Shown here in pieces: positions 50,701 through 60,502 of a stretch of DNA of 64,000 nucleotides (position 1 is its first letter; each line of letters opens with the position of its first letter). This DNA is from Candidatus Poribacteria bacterium (lineage in GTDB: Bacteria; Poribacteria; WGA-4E; PCPOR2b): contig OZ244587.1 of assembly GCA_965218095.1 (NCBI GenBank), positions 32,001 to 96,000 of the forward strand, written 5' to 3'. The position numbers and the translations under genes are program-made. The notes beneath the pieces were generated by a model that had not been told where the DNA came from, made no database searches, and saw only the letters and a program-made list of their open reading frames with translations.

Positions 50701-50872
50701 GAGCACAATCATCTTTGGACTTTCCGCAGCCACGTTTCTGACGTTATTTATCATGCCAGCGTTATACGCAATTACGACGGATTTACGTGCATTGTTCGTC
50801 AAGCGCGAGGAATCGGTGGCTGTCCCGGTTATTGAGGAAGCGCCTATCGGTGCACAGTCTGCGGACGATTGA
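47726..50872 (+). CDS. RND efflux transporter permease (AcrB/AcrD/AcrF family)
   Basis: GVVVDDAIVVIEN, GIVVNDSIVLID and RLRPIILT; 1048 aa. Confidence 0.95.
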   Translation: MSIPKLSVSNPVLANLLMIAIIVFGVYAWIVLPRDLTPEISLHSATVTTFYPGASSEDVEKLVTVPIEDAIEEDMSKIDLIVSASSEERSLISIQFEEIGDREFDKQFQNLRTAVDRVNELPAEILEEPQVLALDISTGFPMLTVVVGGEISEDRMKEIAENLKDEIREIQNIASVRLAGVREREIWVEVNPDQLKAYYLPIEAVINALKSHNLNLPAGTLEVGTSEYLVRTMGEFSNLKEIEDTIIRAQRTGTPLRIRDVATVSDTYEKSRTLSHINGTPSISLTVQKKTEGNTIKLVKQIRQLVERRERDLPEGTELSVVNDYSIILKERLGILQNNALFGLILVVILLFLFLGWRNALFAALGIPVAFMATFFFLHLTGYILSSVALFGLILVVGVVVDDAIVVIENVFRHIQQGKSPKEAAVAGAEEVGRPVLSASLTTIAAFGPLMFMSGIPGQFMRIVPMVAILVILASLLEVFMILPAHIAEWGMAQSREQRRCTWFDRVRGHYVRILKRTIRWRYAVVSSVLGFGVLVSIGAFLLLEKELFPGEDFPQFYIKAEMPTSFSIKQTSAILAKVEEVAMSLPSDERVAVVTNIGLLTPTGSLLEGVTFRSNVGEVLVELAPKDERERSTDEIVAGLRGKVAEISGIEKLTFDRLEGGPPQGKDVEVKVKGEQFEELEKIAELLKGELHQMDGVYNIQEDFLTGKVELRIRIKEEKAHQYGLNIFQIAYNVRNALEGNTTTTYRDADESVDVVVKYDQHALRTVANLEELVITTPAGVIVPLRDVAEVREEAGYAEIRRFENERAITVSATVDKKKTSAFMVNQALIGAFSNIESMFPGYRLDFRGVFDQIQESFGELWKLFIVGVLIMYVILGTQFKSFIQPVIILFAVPFGIIGAMVGLLAVGATLSMVAMFGIVALAGIVVNDSIVLIDFMNKYRERGYNKWRAILKGGSVRLRPIILTSITTIFGLIPMATGLGGKSPIWMPLASTIIFGLSAATFLTLFIMPALYAITTDLRALFVKREESVAVPVIEEAPIGAQSADD

Positions 50873-51323
50873 GAATCCAAGCTCATCAATTTCACTCCCT
50901 GCCAACTTCCCACCTTCATACGTGGCCACTGTACTCTCAAAGAAACCCGACCATGATAGCAAAGATGAGGCGTTTCAGGTTTTGCGAATCGACGAATCTG
51001 CAAATCTGCGAATCGAGCGAACCACGAAAAACCCGCTCCCACGCCTCCTCACCCCCACGCTTCGATACCAGTCACTACGCATTTTCTCATATATTTAGTG
51101 ATAGCACACCATCCTCGTTGGGGTATAGTATAATTGTCTTGGTTCCTTGCCATTTGCCCTATCTGTTTCCGTTCCTTCCGTTTCTTCTTTCCCCTCACCT
51201 CACTCACTGCTCTGCACCGCGAATCCTTTATGACTGTGACACTGCAAGCTTCCCCTCCAAAAAAATGTCTCATCACCTTCAAACCCTCAACTTCAGGAAG
51301 AGATTCAACTATGGACCAACTAC

Positions 51324-51533
51324 TCAAAACGCTGACGCTGCAACTGAAAGCTGCTGCCAGAAAAATAACTCACAATCCCGATTTGCAGGACGGTCTCTTT
51401 CAAGAAACACCCATTTTTCCCCACGTTGCTCAACGTTTGGCGTATCGAAGCGAGGCCCCGTCTGCGCCAGAACGCTGGTTGCCAGAAACACCACGCAAAG
51501 TCCGGTTAAGATGGGCCATTTTGTTATCTTCAT
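51324..51533 (-). CDS. Short ORF with a Sec signal peptide, probably a truncated gene
   Basis: MKITKWPILTGLCVVFLATSVLA-Q directly after argE; RBS GGAAGG. Confidence 0.4.
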   Translation of the reverse strand: MKITKWPILTGLCVVFLATSVLAQTGPRFDTPNVEQRGEKWVFLERDRPANRDCELFFWQQLSVAASAF

Positions 51534-51557
51534 GTGTTTGCCTTCCGTCACAGTTTT

Positions 51558-52682
51558 CTACACGCAGAACCGCTCAACAAATTGACTAAACACAGAAACA
51601 GCTTGATCTAGCTGATCCAATTCAATCCATTCATCGACGGTATGGGCTTGCAGAATACTTCCCGGCCCGATAACGATGAGTTCCATGTGTTGTCCAAAAA
51701 CTGTGCCATCTGTGCCGTAAGGGACGGTTAACGACTCGTCCTTCCCCGTGATTTCGAGAGCTGCACGCACAATCTCGGAATCACGGGGCGTAACCATCGG
51801 CTCTCGCCAGTGGTGGATGTCAAACGCTAAACCGTGCTTTTCGGCGGATTGACGGGCGCGATCAACCCACTCCTGTGGATTTTGCCCCGGCATCGGGCGA
51901 TAGTTAATCATGCAGGTGCTCAGAGGCGGCGTGATGTTTGCCGCATTACTGCCATCGCTAATCGTGATATTCCAATCCGAGAAAGGCGGGTCAAAATCAT
52001 CGTTAAAGTATGCCGAATCTGTTGTCAGCGTGTTGTAGATCTTTCGCATCTCAGACAGGAAGGGGATAAGCTTGAGATTTGCGTTCTCTCCTTTGCCCGT
52101 ACTGCTATGCGCCGCATGCCCCCGCGCTGTCACGACAAACCGGATGACGCCTTTATGCGCATGAATCACCTTTAGCAACGTGGGCTCACCGACGATGCCG
52201 TATCGTGGAAAAGACGCTTTGAACATCTCTGATCGCTCTACAACTGCCTTCGCACCGATACAGCCAACCTCTTCATCCGCTGTGACAACCACGTAAATGG
52301 GATGTTCGAGTTCCGACGCTGAATAGCGTGATGCAACTTCGAGCATGCAAGCAACGCTTCCTTTCATGTCGCAACTGCCGCGACCGTACATTTTCGTTCT
52401 GTCAATTCGTCCCTCAAACGGATCAAGATCCCAACCCTCCACAGGTACGGTATCAATATGTCCAAGAAACGCAAGACCATGATCTCCAGAACTATTGCGT
52501 TTGCCCTTCCGACCAATTAGGTTTGCCTTGCGTACCCCGTTCGGATCGAGATATTCAACCCGTTCAACCTCACAACCGATCTTCCGCATCAGCGACTCCA
52601 GAAAATCCACCGCTTCAATATTGCTATTCCGACTTACGGTATTGTAGCGAATGAGATCTTGGGTTAGCTCTGTTGCATTCAT
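51558..52682 (-). CDS. argE: M20 metallopeptidase, acetylornithine deacetylase-like
   Basis: GHIDTVP, GRGSCDMKG, DEEVGC.GA, GEPT, AHSS and AHTVDE. Confidence 0.82.
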   Translation of the reverse strand: MNATELTQDLIRYNTVSRNSNIEAVDFLESLMRKIGCEVERVEYLDPNGVRKANLIGRKGKRNSSGDHGLAFLGHIDTVPVEGWDLDPFEGRIDRTKMYGRGSCDMKGSVACMLEVASRYSASELEHPIYVVVTADEEVGCIGAKAVVERSEMFKASFPRYGIVGEPTLLKVIHAHKGVIRFVVTARGHAAHSSTGKGENANLKLIPFLSEMRKIYNTLTTDSAYFNDDFDPPFSDWNITISDGSNAANITPPLSTCMINYRPMPGQNPQEWVDRARQSAEKHGLAFDIHHWREPMVTPRDSEIVRAALEITGKDESLTVPYGTDGTVFGQHMELIVIGPGSILQAHTVDEWIELDQLDQAVSVFSQFVERFCV

Positions 52683-52760
52683 AATTATTCCTCCGGGAAC
52701 TGTAGATTAGCGCATTGGTTCGTTGGATGCCTAAACGGATGAGCCAATGGACTCATATTT

Positions 52761-55475
52761 TCAGGAATTATCAGCGCCAGGGTGTTTTGCATCAACGCCC
52801 TTCAAGACTATATCACCGGATGACGGTTCAAAAATTGCCAACTGCGCCAACGCTTCCTGAATCTCTTCCAGCCGAGTTGAGTCTGTAATCTTTGCGCCAT
52901 TTGTATCTGTCACGTAGAATGAATCCTCTGCGATAAACGCTTCTGTCGTGATCTTGGCGAGACGGATATCCAAGCCAAGTTTATAGAATTCATCCGAGAT
53001 TGTGTAGAGCAATCCAATCCAATCTTGTGCACGGATGTCGATAATCGTTGCGTAATCTGAACCCTCATTGTCAATCCTGATTCCTGGCAGGATATAACGC
53101 CGTTGGGGATGGGCAGAAGGATCCGATTTGCGTTGCCGCTGCAGAACGGTTTCCACATCGGTTTCCCCTTCCCAGACGGCGGTTAAGGTCTCCTCAACCT
53201 GGCGATACCAATCTGAGATTGGACCTTTTCCCGTCTGTCCATCCGTTACATTCAGAACATCGATGGCAATCCCGTCGCTTCGCGTGTTAATCATAGCACT
53301 CAGGATGTTGATATTCTCAGCCGCGAGTACGCCCGTAATTCGCCGAAAAATGCCCCGTGCATCGCGGGTACAGATGCCCATCTGCGTGTAAATCTGATTC
53401 TCCGCAAAACGGGAGATAGCGATTGAATTATCACCCAACTGTTCAACGAGCTGGATCTGCTTGCTGATGAATTCAGGCGTCTGTGAACTGAGTCCCTGTT
53501 CAGGCATCGTTTCAAAATGTCGCACGATTACAGCTTCGCCGATCGTTTCGCCGATAAGTTGAATGATCTGCTTTTGAAGTTCATCGACCTGCAAGAAATC
53601 CACCTTGCCTTGTAGGAACTTGAGTGTCCGTGTGTAGAGTTGCCAAAGTAGAATCGCGTTCCATTCGTTCCAAATTTCCGGGCTCACCGCTCGCATATCG
53701 GCAAAAGTCAAGAGATAGAGCATCTTCAGGTGGCGCGCATCCTTCACCAACTCTGCGAAGCGTTCAATTACTTTCGGGTCATCGAGATCGCGTTGTTGGG
53801 CGGTATGGCCCATATCAAGGTGTCTTGAAATAAGGAATAACACAGCTTCTTTATCCACGGCATCCAGTCCTAAACGATCTAGCGCCGCTTGCGCCACTTC
53901 AACGCCTCGCTTATCATGCCCCTCTGAACCTTCGACCCCTTTGCCCACATCATGCAGTAAAATGGCGAGCCGCAGCAGCTCCGGCTTCTCCACTTCTTTA
54001 ATAATGTCAAGAAAAACCTGTCCGTCCTTTAACTTTGCCAATGTTGCTTCTTCGAGGTTCTCGATTGCGTACAGGGTATGTTCATCGACCGTATATTGAT
54101 GAGGCCGATCAAATCGCACCAGTGATCGCACCATCCCGAATTCAGGCAAGTAACGATCTAGCACCTGCCAACGGTGCATTCGGCGTAGGACTTCAGTGAC
54201 CGCTTTCGGATAGCGGAGAATCGACAGAAAGCATTCCGCGACTTCAGGTGAATATCGGAAGTTCTCATCAATCAAATCTAGATTTGCGGAAATCTCGTGT
54301 CGCACATCGGCATGGATTCGATTCCCCAACTGTTGACGGCACATGAATACCTTCATTATGCGGGTGGGGTCATCTGTCAAACTTGCATATCCCTCCTGAA
54401 AACCAATCTCATTCCGGACAATCGCAAAACCATCTGGCAATACTTTGGGTCGCCATCGGTCAAGCACTCGATGCAGCAGGGATTCTTGATACTTCACACG
54501 GTCAATAATGAGCTTCGCAAATTCATAGAGGTGCTCCGCGTGCAGATAGTAATCTCGCATCATGGCTTCCTCTGCGAGGACGCCCCCATTATCCTGGTAC
54601 CCGAGATTTTTGGCGACGATCTCTTGAGTCTCAAAGGTCAACTGATCGCTTCTTTTTCGATTGACATAATGGAGTTCGTTGCGCAGTCGCCACAGAAAAT
54701 CGAGCGAAGCTTCACACGCTTCCGATACTTCTTCAGGAATAACCCCACGCCTGCAAAGTCCTTCCAGATCTTTAACCCCGTAGCGAACCGCCGCAACCCA
54801 GATGCCGGTATGAAAGTCCCGCAGCCCTCCGGCACTCTCCTTGATGTTCGGCTCTTGCAAATAGATCGTTGAACCGTAAGATTCGTGACGTTCGCTCCAT
54901 TCCTGAATCTTTTTCGAGATGAACTTACCCACCTGCTTTTTGTAAAAGTGTTTTGATGTCAGCGTCTGAAATTGGCGAAAAACCGCCTTGTCGCCAACGA
55001 TATACCGCGCTTCGATCATCGAGGTTTTAGAGAAAATATCATCGTAGGTTGCGCGAACACAATCCTTGAGAGACCGACAGCTATGCCCAACCTCAAAACC
55101 GACATCCCAGAGCATCGAAATCAGCAGATTAGCAAACGGTTCCAACTGTTTCACGTTCACGCCTGAAGCATTGTAAACCAGCATGATGTCAATATCTGAA
55201 TATGGATTTAACTCCTCACGTCCATATCCCCCCAATGCGAGAATGGCGACAGGGGTCTGTTTAGATAGCAAGGGTGCGTCGCCGCTCACCTTGATCGCGG
55301 ATTGGTAGATGCGCTGAATCACATTGTCTGTAAGACCGGTGTATTCTTCGACAATTTCCTTGCCGCCGATTCCGAAGCGATGGCGTAAGTAGATGCGTTC
55401 ACGTTCTTTGATACAGAAATTTTTCAGGTCTTCAACAAGCCTATGGTTTTGTAATTGATTTTGTTGCTGTTGCAT
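52761..55475 (-). CDS. glnD: [Protein-PII] uridylyltransferase / uridylyl-removing enzyme
   Basis: ALGGYGR..L.PYSDID, EPNIKE..GGLRD, HQYTVDEH, LLHDVGK and two ACT domains. Confidence 0.96.
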   Translation of the reverse strand: MQQQQNQLQNHRLVEDLKNFCIKERERIYLRHRFGIGGKEIVEEYTGLTDNVIQRIYQSAIKVSGDAPLLSKQTPVAILALGGYGREELNPYSDIDIMLVYNASGVNVKQLEPFANLLISMLWDVGFEVGHSCRSLKDCVRATYDDIFSKTSMIEARYIVGDKAVFRQFQTLTSKHFYKKQVGKFISKKIQEWSERHESYGSTIYLQEPNIKESAGGLRDFHTGIWVAAVRYGVKDLEGLCRRGVIPEEVSEACEASLDFLWRLRNELHYVNRKRSDQLTFETQEIVAKNLGYQDNGGVLAEEAMMRDYYLHAEHLYEFAKLIIDRVKYQESLLHRVLDRWRPKVLPDGFAIVRNEIGFQEGYASLTDDPTRIMKVFMCRQQLGNRIHADVRHEISANLDLIDENFRYSPEVAECFLSILRYPKAVTEVLRRMHRWQVLDRYLPEFGMVRSLVRFDRPHQYTVDEHTLYAIENLEEATLAKLKDGQVFLDIIKEVEKPELLRLAILLHDVGKGVEGSEGHDKRGVEVAQAALDRLGLDAVDKEAVLFLISRHLDMGHTAQQRDLDDPKVIERFAELVKDARHLKMLYLLTFADMRAVSPEIWNEWNAILLWQLYTRTLKFLQGKVDFLQVDELQKQIIQLIGETIGEAVIVRHFETMPEQGLSSQTPEFISKQIQLVEQLGDNSIAISRFAENQIYTQMGICTRDARGIFRRITGVLAAENINILSAMINTRSDGIAIDVLNVTDGQTGKGPISDWYRQVEETLTAVWEGETDVETVLQRQRKSDPSAHPQRRYILPGIRIDNEGSDYATIIDIRAQDWIGLLYTISDEFYKLGLDIRLAKITTEAFIAEDSFYVTDTNGAKITDSTRLEEIQEALAQLAIFEPSSGDIVLKGVDAKHPGADNS

Positions 55476-55538
55476 TTATGTTCTCCGAAATACTGAACCT
55501 TTCAAAGGTTCAAAACCTTTGAAAGGTTTGGCTGGTTG

Positions 55539-56894
55539 TCACCCCAACCTGGACAGGTCGCTGAAAAATAGGATACAAGCCAGCACCGGTAACACGGCAA
55601 GGAGTAGCTTGACTTCAAGCAGGTAGTTCTGATAGCGCAAAGCAGATGGATCGCCCGTCTGTAGCCGATTAATAAATTCAATTCGTCGATCAATCGAAGG
55701 GTGCGTCTGAAAGCACTCGAACAGATGCTGGATGGATCGGGGTATGTAATTGAGGTATGCAAGGCGATTCAGGGCGGATTTGAACGCCTCCGACTTGCCT
55801 GTAAGCGCAGCGGCATAGAGATCTGCCTGGTGCTCGAAACGTCTCGAAAGGGAGCGAAAAATGATAACGAAGTAGAAGAAAACGAAAAAGATCGCGCCAA
55901 TTGCTGATAGAATAGGAGAATAGGGTAGCATCGACTCAATCGGCCGCTCAATGTAGATATAATAGACGGCATAGCTGAGAAAGTAGGCAATGGAAAAGAT
56001 GAAATAGGTCAAAATATGTTTGTAACGGATATGCCCAAATTCATGCGCCACAATTGTTTCAATTTCATCATCGGAGAAGTATTTCAGCAGAGCATCAGTC
56101 AGGAAAATCTGGCGGGACCATGGGATAATTCCAGCCACAGCCGCGTTAGCAACTGCGAGTGACCCCGTCTGCCAGACAACGATGTTTTTGTACTTGATGT
56201 TGTTTTGCGTAGCCAACCAATGCAACCTCCTTCTCAAATTCGCATCAGCTAGAGGCACTGTCCTCCAGATGGCACCCAACAACAGAGGGGCGTAGATGTA
56301 CGCCAATAAAATCAGGAATGCTATAAACACCATAGGCAGGTATATATGCTTGGCAAAAAACGGGACGTGTTCGATTAGATCAAGCAAGGAAAGGTAGGCA
56401 AACAACGGTACCAGAGGCAGCAGAAGAAATTTCAGGTGGAAGCTGAGGAATTCACTCCGTTTCCAATCCCGTACCTCCACCTTCCGCTCAATTTCATAAA
56501 GCGCAAGACGGATCAGCATTAACCCAACAAGAAGCGGGACAATCGCGACGATTTGGCGTGTATAAGTTAAAGCCAACCACTCCAACTCCTGATCGATTAA
56601 CAACGGCAAATTCAGGAGGTATACATCACAAATGTAACCAATCAGGATGAGGCATTCAAAGACAATCGCAGATCGTTTCAGGAGGTACAATTGACGCATT
56701 CGGGCATTCTGATTGGTGGGCAATGTTCTCGCTGCATATGATCCAAAAAAATAAACAAGAGCTGCCGGCAAGACAGTCACTGCCACCGTAACCATGAGGG
56801 TGAGCAGTTGATTAAACTCTCCACTACCTCCCGATGGTTCAAAGGAGAGGAGAAAAATCAATCCTGCGATTAAAACAATGCTAATCTGGCCCAT
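55539..56894 (-). CDS. M48 (Ste24/HtpX) membrane zinc metalloprotease
   Basis: NAA, HEFGH, EHQAD and THPS..RR; multiple transmembrane helices. Confidence 0.92.
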   Translation of the reverse strand: MGQISIVLIAGLIFLLSFEPSGGSGEFNQLLTLMVTVAVTVLPAALVYFFGSYAARTLPTNQNARMRQLYLLKRSAIVFECLILIGYICDVYLLNLPLLIDQELEWLALTYTRQIVAIVPLLVGLMLIRLALYEIERKVEVRDWKRSEFLSFHLKFLLLPLVPLFAYLSLLDLIEHVPFFAKHIYLPMVFIAFLILLAYIYAPLLLGAIWRTVPLADANLRRRLHWLATQNNIKYKNIVVWQTGSLAVANAAVAGIIPWSRQIFLTDALLKYFSDDEIETIVAHEFGHIRYKHILTYFIFSIAYFLSYAVYYIYIERPIESMLPYSPILSAIGAIFFVFFYFVIIFRSLSRRFEHQADLYAAALTGKSEAFKSALNRLAYLNYIPRSIQHLFECFQTHPSIDRRIEFINRLQTGDPSALRYQNYLLEVKLLLAVLPVLACILFFSDLSRLG

Positions 56895-56952
56895 TATCGT
56901 ATTCCTGACTGGAATTTAAGGAGGTGTATTAAGGCGCTTGAAACGAATCGGT

Positions 56953-56981
56953 ATTCTATCATGTGTTGTCTGAGAAGTCAA
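56953..56981 (-). promoter_or_regulatory. Sigma70-type promoter for the M48-glnD-argE operon
   Basis: TTGACT-17-TAGAAT with a TG extension. Confidence 0.6.
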
Positions 56982-57457
56982 ACGAAAACCTAGAGTGCGC
57001 CCAGGGGTTATTTAGTTTTCAATGGAACCACGATTAGACCTTTCCCCTAACCCCTCTTCTGCGCTATCTATTAACCAGATCTTTTCGCTCGGCGATGAAG
57101 TCGCCGAGCTACAGAAAACGGTGCCCGATGAGTCGGGCTTTCGGGGGATCTGAAAAGTCTGATTTATCGAACGCAGCCTTGTAGCCCGCTGATTCATCGG
57201 CGGGTGCTCCAGGACGCTGTTGGAAAGTTCCCCCCTTTCGATTTCAGATTCAGGGGTGGACAGGTGGTGATAAAATCAGAGGCTCCTAATTCCCAAGCTA
57301 TAGCCCCAACACGATCGGGATCCAAAGCAACTTGGGAATCTACATCGGCGAAGTTTCGGAACGATCGGGGCTTTCGCCAAGGTGTCCGCCTTTGAACCGT
57401 TTCAGAGACCGGCCGAGGCAGAGGTCAAAAACCAAGCCTGCGTGTGTCAGAAAAGTG

Positions 57458-57486
57458 TTGACAGACAGTGCAAGGTTATTTATAAT
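57458..57486 (+). promoter_or_regulatory. Consensus sigma70 promoter
   Basis: TTGACA-17-TATAAT. Confidence 0.85.
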
Positions 57487-57520
57487 CCCGAAAACTTGGA
57501 ACCATAAGGAGGCACGAACA

Positions 57521-58363
57521 ATGAACATAACCGTCCCCGCGTTGCCAACTATTTCACTTAGACCGTATCAGGTGAGCCGACTCATTATCGGTGACAATCC
57601 AATTTACGGTTACTCGCATTTCAACCAACTGCTTTCTCAGCACCAGCAAGACGTCCACACCCCCGATCAAGTGATGGCGACGCTGAGGCGTGCAGAGGAG
57701 GTCGGCGTCAACACATGGCAGAACACAATCACGGAACGTTCCCTCTCCGATCTGCGGCGCTATCGGGAGGAAGGCGGTGCAATCCAATGGCTATGCCTCA
57801 GTACGCCGCAGTGGTATGATGAACCACACCGTGTTGAGGAAGCCGCACGCCACAAACCAATCGGCATAGTGCCACACGGCAGCATTGGAGATCGCTGTCT
57901 GCGAGAGAACAAACTCGATCTGCTCAGAGACATCCTCAAGCGTATTCGGAATACCGGCGTTTTGGTCGGATTATCCGTTCACGACCCGAAGCTCCTTCGC
58001 ATTGCAGAGAATGAGGACTGGGACGTTGATTACTACATGACTGCGCTTTACAACCTTCGCGTTGGAAGGGAAGAATTTGAACAGAAGTTTGGCCACCCGC
58101 CTTTGGGAGAGATTTATCTGCGTGAGCACCGCCCTGAGATGTGTGAACAGATCCAACAAACGGACAAACCGTGTATTGCCTTCAAAGTCCTCGCCGCCGG
58201 TCGGGCAATCGGCTCTAAGGAGCAGATCCGAGAGGAGTTTGCGTTCGCTTTGACGCACATCAAGCCTACCGACGCCATCCTCATCGGCATGTACCAGAAG
58301 TTCGGCGATCAGATCGGTGAAAACGCTGCGATGGTTGCTGAAATCTGTCAGGGGAAAGAGTAG
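57521..58363 (+). CDS. Hypothetical protein, aldo/keto-reductase-like TIM barrel
   Basis: VSRLIIGDNP..GYSH, GLSVH.P and IAFKVLAAGR; RBS AAGGAGG. Confidence 0.7.
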   Translation: MNITVPALPTISLRPYQVSRLIIGDNPIYGYSHFNQLLSQHQQDVHTPDQVMATLRRAEEVGVNTWQNTITERSLSDLRRYREEGGAIQWLCLSTPQWYDEPHRVEEAARHKPIGIVPHGSIGDRCLRENKLDLLRDILKRIRNTGVLVGLSVHDPKLLRIAENEDWDVDYYMTALYNLRVGREEFEQKFGHPPLGEIYLREHRPEMCEQIQQTDKPCIAFKVLAAGRAIGSKEQIREEFAFALTHIKPTDAILIGMYQKFGDQIGENAAMVAEICQGKE

Positions 58364-58474
58364 CCACTCAATTTTCGAGATGGTTTGCAATTCAGTTAAC
58401 ACTTTGATATCGTGCTGCAAAATCCATCCATTTGACTTCATAGGAGATTTCCGGCGAAATATGGCAATTCCTGA

Positions 58475-58503
58475 TTGATTTAATGACGTGGATAGTATAT
58501 AAT
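58475..58503 (+). promoter_or_regulatory. Sigma70-type promoter
   Basis: TTGATT-17-TATAAT. Confidence 0.55.
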
Positions 58504-58563
58504 TGATCCGTGATAACAACCCGATCGTGTAAGCTGCTTTACACCGAAGAAGGGGGAAATTTT

Positions 58564-59613
58564 ATGAGCCAGACATTTCGGGTGGGAATCACTCGTGACG
58601 TCCTCAAACCGGATGGGACGCTCGGCTTCGGCGACATCGGCTTGAGTTTGTTGGAACAGGCAGAAGGCGTAGAGTGGGAGTTCTTAGCGGAGAATACGCC
58701 GACGTTGCGCGGCGATCAGGTACAGGACTATGATGCCTTGCTAGTGCTGGCGCCGGCAGTGACCGGTGAGACACTGGAGGGCGGTGACCGCCTGGCAATT
58801 TTAGCACGGTTCGGCGTGGGTTACGACAGTGTAGACGTGGCAGCCTGTAGCAAAAACGGAGTCCTGCTGACCATCACTCCCGACGGCGTGCGGCGACCTG
58901 TGGCGGTTTCCATCATCACTTTTATCCTGGCACTCAGCCACAAGTTGTTTATCAAGGACCACCTGACCCGCAACGGGCGTTGGGGAGAGAAACTGGATCA
59001 TATGGGTATGGGTGTCACCGGGCGGACGCTCGGCCTGGTGGGGCTGGGAAATATCGGACGCGAAGTATTCAAACTGGCGCAACCGTTCGGGATGCGTCAC
59101 CTGGCATACGATCCTTATGTGATTCCTGAGCAGGCAACTGCGGCAGGGGTGGAGTTGGTGGATTTAGAGATGTTGCTCCGCACGTCAGACTTCGTCTCCA
59201 TCTGCTGCGCCCTCACCCCGGAGACCCACCACCTGCTCAACGCAGAACGACTCGCGCTCATGAAGGAGACCGCTTACCTGATCAACACCGCCCGCGGTCC
59301 CATCGTAGACCAAGCTGCGCTCACCGTCGCGCTGCGAGAAGGGCACATTCAGGGAGCGGCGCTGGATGTGTTTGAACGGGAGCCGGTAGACCCTAACGAT
59401 CCAATCTTAAAACTGGATAACGTCATCGTCACGCCGCACGGCATCTGCTGGACAGACGAGTGCTTTCTGGGCAACGGGAAAAGCGCGTGCCAAAGTATTC
59501 TGGATGTCACGGCTGGATGCATCCCAAACAACGTAGTCAACCATGATGCGCTGGACCACCCGCGCTTTCAAGAGAAATTGCGCCAATATAGGGCGAGAAC
59601 AGAGGCGAAATGA
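58564..59613 (+). CDS. D-isomer-specific 2-hydroxyacid dehydrogenase
   Basis: RFGVGYD, GLVGLGNIG, INTARG, ALDVFEREP and TPH. Confidence 0.93.
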   Translation: MSQTFRVGITRDVLKPDGTLGFGDIGLSLLEQAEGVEWEFLAENTPTLRGDQVQDYDALLVLAPAVTGETLEGGDRLAILARFGVGYDSVDVAACSKNGVLLTITPDGVRRPVAVSIITFILALSHKLFIKDHLTRNGRWGEKLDHMGMGVTGRTLGLVGLGNIGREVFKLAQPFGMRHLAYDPYVIPEQATAAGVELVDLEMLLRTSDFVSICCALTPETHHLLNAERLALMKETAYLINTARGPIVDQAALTVALREGHIQGAALDVFEREPVDPNDPILKLDNVIVTPHGICWTDECFLGNGKSACQSILDVTAGCIPNNVVNHDALDHPRFQEKLRQYRARTEAK

Positions 59614-60383
59614 GAGAAAACAAGGTCAAACGGGCCCTGAAGGGTGGAGGCGTGTCGATAGGCACGATGGTGTTCGAGTTTAATACGACCGGTATTTCGC
59701 GTATTGCTGCGGAAGCAGGCGCCGAGTTTGTTATATTCGACATGGAGCACACCGGCTGGAGCGTAGAGACGGTGCGCACGCTGATAGCGACCTCACGGGC
59801 AGCGGACATCGTGCCGATGGTGCGCGTGCCCACGACAGAATACCACTTCTTCGCACGCGCACTGGATGTCGGCGCGATGGGGTTGATGGTTCCAATGGTT
59901 GAAAACGAGGAGCAGGCACGGCTGATCGTGGAGTCCGCCAAGTATCCACCGATGGGCCGCCGCGGAGCCGCCTTCGGTGTGGCACATGACGATTACACGG
60001 GCGGCGATATCTTGGCAAAGATGGCGAGCGCCAACGAAGAAGGACTACTCATCGTTCAGATTGAAACCGTGCAAGGCGTCGAGAACGCGGACAAGATCGC
60101 GGCGATCGACGGGATTGATGTGCTGTGGATTGGTCACTTCGACTTGACCAACTCCATGAGGATTCCGGGGCAGTTCAATCATCCGGCGTTTCAGCGAGCC
60201 GTCAACCGTGTCCTCGAAGCCTGTCAACAGCACGGTGCGGCAGCGGGTTTCATGGCGTCCAACGTTGAGGAAGGACGTTCCATGCTGGAACAAGGCTTCC
60301 GCTGTCTCGCCTACGGTGGCGACCTCTGGCTTTACCAACAGGCGTTACGTGAGGGCATCAGTGAACTCTGCGCGAATGAATAA
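59610..60383 (+). CDS. HpcH/HpaI aldolase family protein
   Basis: FDMEH, YPPMGRRG, QIET and GHFDL; ATGA overlap. Confidence 0.9.
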   Translation: MRENKVKRALKGGGVSIGTMVFEFNTTGISRIAAEAGAEFVIFDMEHTGWSVETVRTLIATSRAADIVPMVRVPTTEYHFFARALDVGAMGLMVPMVENEEQARLIVESAKYPPMGRRGAAFGVAHDDYTGGDILAKMASANEEGLLIVQIETVQGVENADKIAAIDGIDVLWIGHFDLTNSMRIPGQFNHPAFQRAVNRVLEACQQHGAAAGFMASNVEEGRSMLEQGFRCLAYGGDLWLYQQALREGISELCANE

Positions 60384-60502
60384 GTGAATCGATTATACGA
60401 ATGAGACAAGAAGGCAAGGAGTTTTCTTGTCCAAACGCTCAGTAGTTAATTAGTCCATTCACGTTTCAATCATCACGTTTCAATCAAAAGGAGGTCAGAG
60501 AC

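Noticed and set aside
50869-51589. Plus-strand ORFs of 238 and 151 aa
   Set aside because: Non-protein-like composition, span repeats, no recognisable motifs, and overlap the argE end.
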